This document shows positions 1 through 9,203 of a DNA stretch of 64,000 nt, piece after piece. Location of the stretch: the IMG/VR virus record IMGVR_UViG_3300036760_000689, positions 1-64,000 of that record. One strand, given 5' to 3'. Every line of letters begins with the position of its first letter. Position 1 is the stretch's first letter. The notes under the pieces were generated by a model. The model worked only from the letters and a program-made list of their open reading frames with translations, was not told the origin of the DNA and searched no databases. The position numbers and the translations under genes are program-made. The stretch is from a virus.

Positions 1-837
1 GCCATCTCCATCAGTCGCTTCGCCCCCCCCCTCCTTGCGCTGCCATATCTCCAAAAACCTCGGACCCCTCATCCATAACTTATCCCTTCAACCCAGATCA
101 TAGAGTTTCTCCCTATACGCGAATATATACGTTATTCTTCGCGTGTCAAGCGAAAAAAGTTGTGGCGATTTTTTTTGCGGAACCGAAAATGTGGATTGGA
201 TCCTATAGAACCGAGGCTTCGCCTCGAAGGTCAATGGTCCACCCGGTCTCTCCCGCGCGAGTCCGTCCTCGCGCGCGTCGCCGCTTGCGTCTGGCCGAGC
301 GCCTAGCGCCCAGCGCCGCGCCCAGGATTCCACCTCGGGACCTTTCTCGCCGGCGCTGCGCTCTCGCGCTTGGCTCCTTCCTTTATATATGCACCCCGCC
401 GGCGGCCCTGCTGCCGATTCTCGCCTGCTCGAACTTGACAAATCACCCAAGTGTCAAGTCCAAGCCCTATCCCAAGTCGGCGCTTGCACTAATCCAGCCT
501 GCCTGAGTCCAGCTTTGCCGTCCGCTTGTAGACTGAAAGATTGCCCGTCTATGCCTCGCGTCTATGCATCGGCAGGGCGCTGGCAATTGGCGCGTTGCTC
601 TATGAATTCGAACACGAAAAAGGTCTCTTGCCTAAATCTGGGTGTGTTGGCGCGCTTGCGGTTGCGAGTCATGACATTGTGCGTATATAAGAACGAAGGC
701 GCGGGTTTGGAGAGGAAAGGGCTTGTGTAGTGGCTCAGGACGGGCGAACGGGCGAGGGTTGATATCTGAGTACCCGTTCATTTGGTGGGTTTGAGGGGAG
801 CGCGAGCTTTTGGGTGTGTACTGCTTTCCAGGCGGGA

Positions 838-1239
838 TTAGGTTGGTTTTGGGATGTGCTCTGCTTCTGCCCATTCGCTGTACGCTTTGAGTCTGTGTCT
901 TCGCATGTTGGCTCTTATCTCTCCGTTGGTGGCGATCCATAGGGCTGGGAAGTCTGGCCTATGCTTGTGACCGGCGCTTACCCAGGCCAGGTTGATGGTG
1001 AATGCGTTTCTCAGGGTAAGCTTGTGGCGGATGGTCTTGGGCATTGTTCTGGTCATAGCTCTTAGCCAGGCATTCATGGCTGTCGTCATGGCTTCATAGG
1101 CTGCGTTGGCTTCCTTCACTGTTCTGACTGCTCCAACGTCTACCATGATCTGGCACAGGTCCGCCTTGTTCGTGCGATGAGTTATGCCCATGATGTTCTG
1201 TTTGATGACCGGCGCTGTCCCTCTCTCTTTGTTTTCCAT
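838..1239 (-). CDS. Small basic protein, possibly divergent HU/IHF-like DNA-binding protein
   Basis: N-terminal TNKADLCQIM...TVKEANAAYEAM helix pattern resembles HU helices 1-2; basic; divergent from the early promoter. Confidence 0.35.
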   Translation of the reverse strand: MENKERGTAPVIKQNIMGITHRTNKADLCQIMVDVGAVRTVKEANAAYEAMTTAMNAWLRAMTRTMPKTIRHKLTLRNAFTINLAWVSAGHKHRPDFPALWIATNGEIRANMRRHRLKAYSEWAEAEHIPKPT

Positions 1240-1326
1240 GGCTCTAGTCTAACCGTTGGACTGCCAGAACCATACAACTTTTTCGCGCGATCCTGTCATA
1301 TCGTCCCCATGTGGCAATAATTTATG

Positions 1327-1355
1327 TTGACAAGTGAACGGCATTCGTGTATATT
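1327..1355 (+). promoter_or_regulatory. Sigma70-type promoter for the early gene cluster
   Basis: TTGACA-17 nt-TATATT. Confidence 0.75.
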
Positions 1356-1528
1356 TATCCCATGCCACACGCCACCAACACACAGACACAACCGCTTGCA
1401 ACCGCTACACTTATCCGCTTCGCCGGAGTGCTACGCACACTCGAAACCCTACGCTTACGCGCGTGCCAACGCTTGCAGTCGCAACACTTTACAACGACAC
1501 CTGTATGTTTTCTTGGGAGAGAGAAACC

Positions 1529-1684
1529 ATGCGTTACTATCTGCGTCAAGATTTCTTCTGCATCCTCTACGCTTACGATAGCTTGAGTGATCGTCTTATC
1601 GCGCAAGCTCTTGACATTCACAATCTTCTAAGCATGATTGAACGCTTGGGTTACACGCGCTGGGATCATCACTTGGTTACCTAG
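1529..1684 (+). CDS. Hypothetical early protein (MRYYLRQDFF...)
   Basis: Strong GGAGAGAGAAACC-ATG ribosome-binding site shared with neighbours. Confidence 0.65.
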   Translation: MRYYLRQDFFCILYAYDSLSDRLIAQALDIHNLLSMIERLGYTRWDHHLVT

Positions 1685-1694
1685 GAGAGAAACC

Positions 1695-1904
1695 ATGCGA
1701 AAACTATTCGACCGACCTATGTCTCACAAATACAAGGGATGCACCGTCTTCGCTTCGCGCGGCGTTCTTGGGCTTCCTCGTTATGTCCTTTGGCGTGGCC
1801 GCAATTTCGTCCGCATCGTTCAACCGAAGTTTCAGCACTTCGCTGAGCTGGTGATCGATTGGCGAAATAATCAAACTCTGCGTGACATGTACACAGATTC
1901 TTAG
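1695..1904 (+). CDS. Hypothetical early protein (MRKLFDRPM...)
   Basis: AGGAGAGAAACC-ATG RBS overlapping the upstream stop. Confidence 0.65.
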   Translation: MRKLFDRPMSHKYKGCTVFASRGVLGLPRYVLWRGRNFVRIVQPKFQHFAELVIDWRNNQTLRDMYTDS

Positions 1905-1914
1905 GAGAGAAATC

Positions 1915-2316
1915 ATGAGAGATCCAAAAGATCAATTGATTACCACCATGCGCCAATATCTCCTCCGTTGCGTCCCTATCATTCGCGCCGCCGATACGCC
2001 CTTCCGCGAAGGCGAATTACTCGCCGATGCTATCGAGGCTCTGTTTGAATCCGCGCCTTGCATCGTCTGCGGTGAGTCCGGCCCATTCCACGCGTCCCAT
2101 TGCATGGTCGGACCAGCTAACCCGCTTCATACTCTCACTACCCCTTGGATGCCTTGGACGGATGGCAACGCCTACCGTTATGAGAATGGCTTCCTTCGCA
2201 TGGCTCCGCTCACACCCGGCGGCCACATCATCACCGATGAAGTCGTTGACATGGCGACGCTGCCCTACGATCCTCCCGAGGATATTGTTGAAGCTCTGCG
2301 CCGCCTTGTTCGGTGA
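1915..2316 (+). CDS. Hypothetical early protein with CxxC motif
   Basis: AGGAGAGAAATC-ATG RBS; CIVC...HASHC. Confidence 0.65.
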   Translation: MRDPKDQLITTMRQYLLRCVPIIRAADTPFREGELLADAIEALFESAPCIVCGESGPFHASHCMVGPANPLHTLTTPWMPWTDGNAYRYENGFLRMAPLTPGGHIITDEVVDMATLPYDPPEDIVEALRRLVR

Positions 2317-2385
2317 TTCCCGATTCCGCCACACTCCCCCGAGCGTGGCGCTACCGCGAATCAACGCGGATTAGGAGAGAGACCA
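2314..2385 (+). repeat. Repeated intergenic two-hairpin element, copy 1
   Basis: TGATTCCCGA-hairpin-CCGCG AATCAA CGCGG-AGGAGAG-ATG. Confidence 0.75.
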
Positions 2386-2558
2386 TGAAGATTATCAACG
2401 TTGTCACTATCATCAGCGGACCCAAGGACTCCCGAGAATCATCGACCATCCGCATTATTCGCAACAACAAACTGACCTATCTGGGAGCCCAACGCATCGT
2501 GTCGCGCTCGTATCCTGGAGCAACAGTTGAACGCATTGAGACCTTCATTCAATCGTGA
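2385..2558 (+). CDS. Hypothetical early protein (MKIINVVTII...)
   Basis: Strong RBS; bounded by two copies of the intergenic element. Confidence 0.6.
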   Translation: MKIINVVTIISGPKDSRESSTIRIIRNNKLTYLGAQRIVSRSYPGATVERIETFIQS

Positions 2559-2637
2559 TTCCCGAGGACAAGCGCCCACAACGTCCAACCGTTGGACGCT
2601 TTCCCCGCGAATTAACGCGGAGAAGGAGAGAACCAAA
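2556..2637 (+). repeat. Repeated intergenic two-hairpin element, copy 2
   Basis: TGATTCCCGA...CGTCCAAC C GTTGGACG...CCGCG AATTAA CGCGG...AGGAGAG. Confidence 0.75.
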
Positions 2638-3056
2638 TGACCGAGGAAAGCATCACTCCCAAACACGAAGAACCCGAAGTGAAACATTGCATCATGTGCG
2701 GCAAGGTCGCCAACACGTCTATTTGCTACGACGGCGAATACCATCCAGCTTGCAAGCTCTGCCGCGACCTGCGCGCAAAGGATGCGATGATGCAGGAGAT
2801 CGGCCCGAGTGTTCAGAAGCTCTTCGACCATGTGAACGGTCACTCTGGCCGCGCATCGTCCGAGGCTTTCATCCAGGCATTCCAAATGCAGCATCGCACC
2901 TCGCAGCAATCGTTCTTCAGTACCTTCATCGTTCCTTTGATCCTGCACGAAGCCGGGCTCAAGACTGGCTGGTATGATCTGAGGAACGAAGCGACCGTAA
3001 ACCTCTGCAAGCGCCTTGCCAGCGCGTGCAAGGATTCCCCCTTACCCTTGTACTGA
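2637..3056 (+). CDS. Hypothetical protein with N-terminal zinc finger
   Basis: CIMC...C...HPACKLC; RBS. Confidence 0.7.
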   Translation: MTEESITPKHEEPEVKHCIMCGKVANTSICYDGEYHPACKLCRDLRAKDAMMQEIGPSVQKLFDHVNGHSGRASSEAFIQAFQMQHRTSQQSFFSTFIVPLILHEAGLKTGWYDLRNEATVNLCKRLASACKDSPLPLY

Positions 3057-3135
3057 TCCTGGAGCGCGCGGCATGTCTACCCGTTGGACATGCCGCAAGC
3101 CCTTGGATACAACCCAAGGAGAGGAGAGAGACCCA
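3054..3135 (+). repeat. Repeated intergenic two-hairpin element, copy 3
   Basis: TGATCCTGGA...GCGGCATGTC/GACATGCCGC...CCTTGG ATACAAC CCAAGG...GGAGAG. Confidence 0.7.
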
Positions 3136-3719
3136 TGAAAGAACATCATTACGCCATCGGCCCAATTTGGGGACGTGGCAAAAGTATCACAGCGGCTAAG
3201 GATGATGCCGCCAACCAAGCCAGCGCCGCGCTATGCGGATCATTCGACGCCTTCTATGCCAGACATCAGAAATTCAGTCTGATCGTTTGGCGCTACCCGC
3301 AGACGGGCTGGACATATCGAATTGAGCAAGACAACCTGGACAGCGATTCTATAAGCAACCTCACAATGTGCTGCATGTCCGGAGATTCCCGCGAACAGTG
3401 CATTGCTAGCGCCCTAATGCATATGGCCCAACTTGCATGGTCCGGAGACGAATCAGAGACTTCCCCACTGTTGACCGGATTGCCAGGCAAGCAAGCGGAT
3501 TATACGTCTTGGGTACGCTGGCAGAAAGGTTATCGCATTGCCAAGCTGACAGGACTATCCGACAATGACGCCCATCAGCGTGCCATGGAATTCTATCAAG
3601 GTTCCTTATCCAATTGCACATGTTGCGATCCTGCCCTTGCAAATAGAATGGACCGCATCATTGCAGACCGAGATGCCGCCACAAAAGCGGAGGCTATTGT
3701 TGCCCGCGCAACAGCCTAA
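3135..3719 (+). CDS. Hypothetical early protein
   Basis: GGAGAGAGACCC-ATG RBS; 194-aa ORF. Confidence 0.7.
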   Translation: MKEHHYAIGPIWGRGKSITAAKDDAANQASAALCGSFDAFYARHQKFSLIVWRYPQTGWTYRIEQDNLDSDSISNLTMCCMSGDSREQCIASALMHMAQLAWSGDESETSPLLTGLPGKQADYTSWVRWQKGYRIAKLTGLSDNDAHQRAMEFYQGSLSNCTCCDPALANRMDRIIADRDAATKAEAIVARATA

Positions 3720-3723
3720 AGCA

Positions 3724-3799
3724 TGATTCCCGACTCACCGGCACAGGCTTAGGCTTGCGCCGGTCTGCCGCGAATTAACGCGGAAAAGGAGAGAAACCA
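3724..3799 (+). repeat. Repeated intergenic two-hairpin element, copy 4
   Basis: TGATTCCCGA...ACCGGCACAGGC/GCTTGCGCCGGT...CCGCG AATTAA CGCGG...AGGAGAG. Confidence 0.75.
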
Positions 3800-5100
3800 T
3801 GAGCAAATGGAAATACACCGAACCAACGCCCAAGCGAGCGGCCATGAAAGCAGTGGAAGCCGCTATCGCCAAACTATCGAGACTCAATCGCCAATACACC
3901 GAGGTTACCGGCATCATCGGCAAGCCAGAGACCGAACAGCGGTTTACCTTCGAGGTTCTCATCGGCGGAGGCAACAAGTTTCAGCCCTTGATTGCAAACC
4001 TTGGCGGACTGTTTAACTGGGAAATCAACGCCAACAACATCGCCCAGGTTGCCGAGGCTTTCACCGCCGCTTATGAGGAATCCAAAGATCTAGTCGCCAT
4101 CAAGGACAAGCGTATCACCCAGGAAGCCGCCGACAAACAAGCCGCCGAACGTATCGCGCAGGATATCGAGCGAGACCAGAAAACCAACGACGCGTCCGCG
4201 CGAGCTTGCGCCAACGAAGCAATCATGAAGCAGATCACCCCTGCGAATGCAGCAGCCGTGATCCTAGCCGAACTGAATGAAGATCAGTGCGACATCCAAA
4301 CCGACTACTTCAGCCACAAGACCACGCGCACAGTCTTGATTGGCTTCCGGACTGGCAAGAAAGAGGATTTCCGCCAACTTCGCGCAGCCGCCGGCAGATT
4401 CGAGGAAACCAAGCACCTCGGCACAGGTTGCGACCGCTTCCACGTTAAGATTGTATTTGCCAATGCCATCGTCGATATCCAGGGTAATCAGTATCACGAG
4501 GGTTTCCCTTCTCATTGGCACAAAGAGGAAGAACGTGTTTTCTACACCCGCGCGGAGGCTGACGCTTACGTACTAGCACACAGCGCCTTGGAATCTATGG
4601 GCTTCGGCGAGCTTACAGCTACCTTCAGATTCCAAATCAATCAGTATTCCGTGGAACACCGCGAAAACTACAGCATGGGTTCCGGCAATTACCTGAAGGA
4701 CGGTCACACCGATTCTTCGGGTTGGCGTGTCTACTCCCGCGCTCTGCCCTTGGATCGCACCTTATTGGGCGATCCGAATCTTCAAATCTGCTGCGAGGCC
4801 TTAGCCGTTCCCACTCCCGAGCCAGTCTCTGAAGGTTATTCCGCTACGTCTCATTGGAACGGGGATGTGAAGGTATCTCGCAACATTGAGAAGGACGGGA
4901 TTGAAATCAGATTCAAAGTAAAGCCCAGCGCCGACGTTCTTTCACGCCTCAAGGGCATGGGCTACCGATGGTCGCCCTATTCCTCGTGCTGGTACTGCAA
5001 GCACTCGCCCCAGCGCCTGGCTGATGCTCTGCGCTTTGTCCAATCCCTAACAGGAACGGCCACGCAGGTCACAGGTAATGATGAGGTCGCTATCGGGTGA
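3799..5100 (+). CDS. Mobile-element protein of unknown function, polyvalent-protein-like domains
   Basis: DIQTDYF and EHRENYSMGSGNYL motifs, plus C-terminal IRF.KP.....LK.MGYRWS....WY module recalled from phage/ICE early proteins. Confidence 0.6.
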   Translation: MSKWKYTEPTPKRAAMKAVEAAIAKLSRLNRQYTEVTGIIGKPETEQRFTFEVLIGGGNKFQPLIANLGGLFNWEINANNIAQVAEAFTAAYEESKDLVAIKDKRITQEAADKQAAERIAQDIERDQKTNDASARACANEAIMKQITPANAAAVILAELNEDQCDIQTDYFSHKTTRTVLIGFRTGKKEDFRQLRAAAGRFEETKHLGTGCDRFHVKIVFANAIVDIQGNQYHEGFPSHWHKEEERVFYTRAEADAYVLAHSALESMGFGELTATFRFQINQYSVEHRENYSMGSGNYLKDGHTDSSGWRVYSRALPLDRTLLGDPNLQICCEALAVPTPEPVSEGYSATSHWNGDVKVSRNIEKDGIEIRFKVKPSADVLSRLKGMGYRWSPYSSCWYCKHSPQRLADALRFVQSLTGTATQVTGNDEVAIG

Positions 5101-5181
5101 TCTTGGAGGATAGCTGCCCAACCTCCAACCGTTGGACAGCTTCCCCTCGGATCATCCGAGGCAGAGGAGGCAGAAAAACAA
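5098..5181 (+). repeat. Repeated intergenic two-hairpin element, copy 5
   Basis: TGATCTTGGAGG...AGCTG..TCCAACCGTTGGA CAGCT..CCTCGG ATCAT CCGAGG..GAGGAGG. Confidence 0.7.
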
Positions 5182-5555
5182 TGAAACACATATCTTGTCC
5201 CAACAATCCCAACCACATGAACTTTACGGCAACTGTGCGCGAGGTACACAAGTGGGCAGTGGATCAGCATGGCAACTACGTCAGTGACCTTGGATGCTTC
5301 GACACCAGCATACCCGATGAATTCGCTTGCTTGGAATGCGATATTCCAGCAGAGGTCACTGAAAGCAATGGCAAGGTTAATACTCGCTTTACCCCCGAAC
5401 AAAAGACCGCCATCCTGGTGGCCCTGCGTTACTATCAAGGACAATCCCAGAAACATCCCGAGATGGCAGAGCGTTTCCACCTACTTACCGAGACGGAACC
5501 CTTGTCACCTCGAGCCATTGACGAACTCTGCGCGACAGTCAGCTTCCAACCATGA
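5181..5555 (+). CDS. Hypothetical early protein
   Basis: GAGGAGG RBS; CPNNPNH...CLEC. Confidence 0.65.
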   Translation: MKHISCPNNPNHMNFTATVREVHKWAVDQHGNYVSDLGCFDTSIPDEFACLECDIPAEVTESNGKVNTRFTPEQKTAILVALRYYQGQSQKHPEMAERFHLLTETEPLSPRAIDELCATVSFQP

Positions 5556-5613
5556 GCCTGGAGGACAAGCGCACAGTGATCGCTGCGCGCTTTCCCCTTG
5601 GCTTAGTCTAAGG
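5553..5613 (+). repeat. Repeated intergenic two-hairpin element, copy 6 (no adjacent RBS)
   Basis: TGAGCCTGGAGGAC AAGCGC...GCGCTT TCC CCTTGG CTTAGT CTAAGG. Confidence 0.6.
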
Positions 5614-5758
5614 AATGACGGTTACGGATTTGCTTGGTTGCCTTTGCAGGACTTCCGTCATGTCGTCACCGGAATAACGACAAACTAAAAAGTGCCTTGA
5701 AAGTGCAGTCCGCCGGCTGGGAGCGGATCCCAGCCCCTAACCTGGAGGAGTAATAACC

Positions 5759-5980
5759 ATGAATGGACTACTACGGACCTGTTCGACGTGTCATCGCAGA
5801 ATTGCCGGAAACCATCCTTATCAGTTCTTTGGAAGTTTAGGGCCAGAACCAACTTACGCGTGCGGATCTTGCATCAAGAGAGCGTTATCCGTCATCAGCA
5901 TGTATCGCCGACATTACAAGATTCACGACGCGGATTCTGTAAGTTGTCTGCTGAACATGATGTGCGAAGAATCCGAATAA
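5759..5980 (+). CDS. Small zinc-finger protein
   Basis: GGAGGAG RBS; CSTC...CGSC. Confidence 0.6.
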   Translation: MNGLLRTCSTCHRRIAGNHPYQFFGSLGPEPTYACGSCIKRALSVISMYRRHYKIHDADSVSCLLNMMCEESE

Positions 5981-5999
5981 GGCAAAGCCATTTGCGGTA

Positions 6000-6028
6000 T
6001 TGACATCGGTATTATTTTCTGGTAACAT
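6000..6028 (+). promoter_or_regulatory. Sigma70-type promoter
   Basis: TTGACA-17 nt-TAACAT with TG extension. Confidence 0.65.
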
Positions 6029-6051
6029 AACGCAATGCCGTGGAGGAAACC

Positions 6052-6330
6052 GTGAAATATTTTGAAGGCATGATTACCATGCACAACGGACGCTATGAAC
6101 GATCATTTGGCGTCCGGCTATCCGCAAGCAACTGGAGCACAGCCGTCAAGGCGGCTATGGTGCTGGCCACAACGGCATTGAAAGATCATTTCAAAGCAAT
6201 GCGAATGAAAAAGAGGGTCCACATTGAGATGATCCATATGACTTTGGTTCAGTATAAACCGCCAACTGATGCCGCGACTGGATTGGCTGCAAAGGATCGG
6301 CTTCCTGGGCACGCTTGGCTTTCCAAATAA
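6052..6330 (+). CDS. Hypothetical protein
   Basis: GGAGG RBS then GTG start, directly downstream of the promoter. Confidence 0.55.
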   Translation: MKYFEGMITMHNGRYERSFGVRLSASNWSTAVKAAMVLATTALKDHFKAMRMKKRVHIEMIHMTLVQYKPPTDAATGLAAKDRLPGHAWLSK

Positions 6331-6483
6331 AGAGCTTTATGAGAAAAGTGATCCATCTAATGTATCCGCTATCATTGATAGCCCAAATCAAAAAAAATCG
6401 GTGGTGACAAGTGAGCGCATCCACTCGAACGGTTTGTTGAAAGATGGATTATGATCGCTGGCACGTAACTGTCCCTCCACGCC

Positions 6484-6822
6484 TTGTCACATGTGCCACA
6501 TGTAAAAAATGGATGCAGTCGCACGGATATTCAGATCGCGTGCGCCAACGCAAGGAGATCTTTCATAACAATGCAACCAAACGATGCGGACCTTGAACGT
6601 AGCGGCCTAGAATGCCCGATTTGCAGTTCTGAATTATACGTTTGCAAGAACGCTACAGGATCGCCCGAACTTTGGCTCCATTGCCTTTGCTGTCTGCAAA
6701 TAGGGGCGAGGAGCGAGTTTGATAAGATGCGCCAATGCATCAAACATTGTTCTGATTCCCGCGAGGAATCCAATCGCCAATTGGCGCTCATATCCGAGCG
6801 AGATATTGATGCTTTAATCTGA
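6484..6822 (+). CDS. Hypothetical zinc-ribbon protein (start uncertain)
   Basis: CPIC...CLCC. Confidence 0.45.
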   Translation: MSHVPHVKNGCSRTDIQIACANARRSFITMQPNDADLERSGLECPICSSELYVCKNATGSPELWLHCLCCLQIGARSEFDKMRQCIKHCSDSREESNRQLALISERDIDALI

Positions 6823-6860
6823 ATTTGTTTTGGGTCACCGACAAGGTCTAAGGAGAGCCA

Positions 6861-7085
6861 ATGCACATCTGTCGGATTTGTCATCACTGGATGGGCAATG
6901 ATGTCATGCTCCAATATGCCCGCTGCCACTGGGTCCATTCAGAATGCGGGCTGAAAAAGTGGGGGGCGGCATTTTTTGGCCGCCTAGCGCTCTGGCAGTT
7001 AAAGCTAATCCCATTTCTCTACCTGGAGCAGTACCGCCTCCTGGAAGCATATGAAACCGAGTGCAGGAAAAGGGAAAAGGTCTAA
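6861..7085 (+). CDS. Small Cys/His protein
   Basis: AAGGAG RBS; CRIC...HWVHSEC. Confidence 0.55.
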   Translation: MHICRICHHWMGNDVMLQYARCHWVHSECGLKKWGAAFFGRLALWQLKLIPFLYLEQYRLLEAYETECRKREKV

Positions 7086-7147
7086 CGTTGGATTCATGGT
7101 TGGCCAAACGCAACATCTCAGATTCTCTCCCTGAGTAGTTTGGCTAG

Positions 7148-7180
7148 GGGCGCGAAGGGGCGTACCTTCGCGCCCTTCTC
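7148..7180 (+). terminator. Possible intrinsic terminator hairpin
   Basis: GGGCGCGAAGG-6-CCTTCGCGCCC followed by TTCTCT (weak U tract). Confidence 0.4.
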
Positions 7181-7235
7181 TGGTTGCTAAAAAGAGGATG
7201 AAGAGTAGAGAAAACGGAGGAATAGGAGCCGCAGC

Positions 7236-7478
7236 ATGACAAAAGCAAGTACGAAACATGGAGCGACAACAGACGATCAAACGTATTTCCCGCTACTGAT
7301 TTGCGAGAAATGTTTCCCGATTGCGGGGCATACCACACGCCACAGGTTTGTTCGCTTTGAAAAACGCGGAGCACAGAATTATTCTCTTGGTGGCGACATC
7401 AAAAGGGTCTCAACGATTAGAGTCCACATTTGGGCTTGCAAATCGTGCGCAACGGAAAGGCGATGGGGCAGTGAATAG
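7236..7478 (+). CDS. Small zinc-ribbon protein
   Basis: AGGAG RBS; CEKC...CKSC. Confidence 0.55.
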   Translation: MTKASTKHGATTDDQTYFPLLICEKCFPIAGHTTRHRFVRFEKRGAQNYSLGGDIKRVSTIRVHIWACKSCATERRWGSE

Positions 7479-7613
7479 AAACAAATCCTGCTGAAGGTGA
7501 TTTGTGGCAATCAAAAGGAAAGCGCAAATTTGGCTTGATCTATGTTGCATGATAACTCTCATAGGTTTGATCGTTTGGGGCTTGATCCGATTGTTGATAA
7601 TTGCGTGCACGGG

Positions 7614-8198
7614 TTAAGCATCATCGTCCTGAATTGTATCCTCCTCGTCACGAATTTGCTCTTCGGGTTCCAAAGTTTCGGCTTCGATCAGTTGGGAATC
7701 ATCCTCCATATTTCGGAGGACCAAACGAATCAAATCCTCAGCGCTTCGAATGCCACTACCCGAACCTGCGGAGGGATTGCCAAAATTCTGTTGAATGGCA
7801 ATCATGGGTTCGGCTTTGGCAATCATGCCGGTGGCTTCCCTGAATTCCTTGAGAATTCCAGCCGGCGAGATTCCAGCAACAAGGAAACTTCTGGCATCGA
7901 TCTTAAGTGTCTCCTGGAGGAGTTTACGAAAGTCTTCCGATTGCTGCCGCTGAACCAGAATACGATTGCGGTCATTGTTGTGCTGGATGATGGTGCGGAC
8001 TGGCTGGCCCGACTGGACATGCATGATGTCCTTTTGCACCTCGAGGGGAGGAAGATCATAAAATATGCCGATCTCCTCTTCAGTGTAACCAGACATCCAG
8101 ACGTTATAGCACTTGTTGGCCCGTTCGTGATGCGGATAATCGAGAGCTTCCCCGGATGGGTCAAGCTTGATGATGTCATATCCAGGGACCTTTGCCAT
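7614..8198 (-). CDS. Hypothetical protein with N-terminal HTH-like segment and acidic tail
   Basis: SGYTEEEIGIFYDLPPLEVQKDI looks like a helix-turn-helix; divergent from the recombinase. Confidence 0.5.
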   Translation of the reverse strand: MAKVPGYDIIKLDPSGEALDYPHHERANKCYNVWMSGYTEEEIGIFYDLPPLEVQKDIMHVQSGQPVRTIIQHNNDRNRILVQRQQSEDFRKLLQETLKIDARSFLVAGISPAGILKEFREATGMIAKAEPMIAIQQNFGNPSAGSGSGIRSAEDLIRLVLRNMEDDSQLIEAETLEPEEQIRDEEDTIQDDDA

Positions 8199-8227
8199 GC
8201 GAATATTATAACCCAGAAAGGCGCTTC

Positions 8228-8812
8228 ATGAGCAAGCTTTTTCTTTCCGAGGCGAGAATCAACGAGTTGCTATCATTGGCAGAGCCATACGCGCGCGATA
8301 ATTGCCTTTTCCGGCTGGCACTATGCACTGGCCTGCGCGTAAGCGACCTCATAAAGCTGCGAATCTGCCAGGTTGTAGATACGGATGGTTTGCCAATTCG
8401 ATCTTTGCGCGTGAAGATGAAGAAAACGAAGAAATACATCGAAAGACCGCTGCGCGAGGATTGCAGGCAAGCCATTGCGAAATACGTGGCCGAACGGCAG
8501 GATCGGAACCCTTACCTATTCCGACCTGACTCCCACAATTCGAAGGCAAGCCTGCATCCGATAAGCCGACAGGCGGCGCACGGGATTTATCGGAAGTATC
8601 TCGAAAAAATGTATCCGTGGAGCGTCCTGCAAGGTACGGGATGCCATGTTACACGAAGATCCGTTGCCAAGATCATCAGCGACAAAGCCGGAAGGATCGA
8701 ACCAGCGACGCAATTTCTGGGGCATCGTTCGATTCAAACGACGATGCATTATATCGATATGGATCAATATGGCCAGAAGGCGGATGGAATCGTACAATCG
8801 CTTTCTTGGTAG
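8228..8812 (+). CDS. Tyrosine recombinase, catalytic domain only
   Basis: TGLRVSDL (R), KKTK (K), HVTRR (HxxR), FLGH, TMHY (Y); 194 aa with no N-terminal core-binding domain. Confidence 0.9.
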   Translation: MSKLFLSEARINELLSLAEPYARDNCLFRLALCTGLRVSDLIKLRICQVVDTDGLPIRSLRVKMKKTKKYIERPLREDCRQAIAKYVAERQDRNPYLFRPDSHNSKASLHPISRQAAHGIYRKYLEKMYPWSVLQGTGCHVTRRSVAKIISDKAGRIEPATQFLGHRSIQTTMHYIDMDQYGQKADGIVQSLSW

Positions 8813-8816
8813 CCAC

Positions 8817-8870
8817 AAAGTAGCCACATACGCCGATAGTACTAAGAGCTAGGAGCGAACCAATATTACC
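8817..8870 (+). repeat. Single TIGR-like unit upstream of the membrane protein gene
   Basis: AAAGTAGCCA-8-GATAGTACTA-8-GAGCGAACCA-8, same grammar as the main arrays. Confidence 0.55.
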
Positions 8871-8884
8871 AAAGGAGCACGAGC

Positions 8885-9184
8885 ATGAACCGTAAACAAA
8901 TATGGCTAATGTGGATCGGGATGGGGATCGTCTGTATCATATTACTCTTCCCCCCCTGGAAGTTTGTGGCCACAACTGCTAATGGAGCAATCTACGAGCG
9001 ATCGGGTCCATATCGAGAGCTGGATGCCCCTCCCCTTCCTCCCTGGAATAACTGGCATGCATCAATTGACTGGGAAAGGATGTTTGGACCGCTACTGGTG
9101 GTCATATTGTTGGATGCCGCTGGCATGATAACATGTCGCAAACGGAAGGTGTCGAAGACGATAAAAGATCAGGGCCGGGTTTAA
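8885..9184 (+). CDS. Small two-TM membrane protein
   Basis: Two hydrophobic helices (IWLMWIGMGIVCIILLFPPW; LLVVILLDAAGMI); AAGGAG RBS. Confidence 0.75.
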   Translation: MNRKQIWLMWIGMGIVCIILLFPPWKFVATTANGAIYERSGPYRELDAPPLPPWNNWHASIDWERMFGPLLVVILLDAAGMITCRKRKVSKTIKDQGRV

Positions 9185-9203
9185 CGGGTTCCTTGATAGT
9201 CAC

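Noticed and set aside
2314-5613. Integron attC cassette array or known self-cleaving ribozymes
   Set aside because: No RYYYAAC/GTTRRRY boundaries and no IntI-type integrase; hammerhead CUGANGA/GAAA and other known cores are not present on either strand.
7542-8231. 229-aa + strand ORF and other long antisense ORFs (12591-13496, 43153-44409, 40780-41547)
   Set aside because: Shadows of better-supported genes on the opposite strand.
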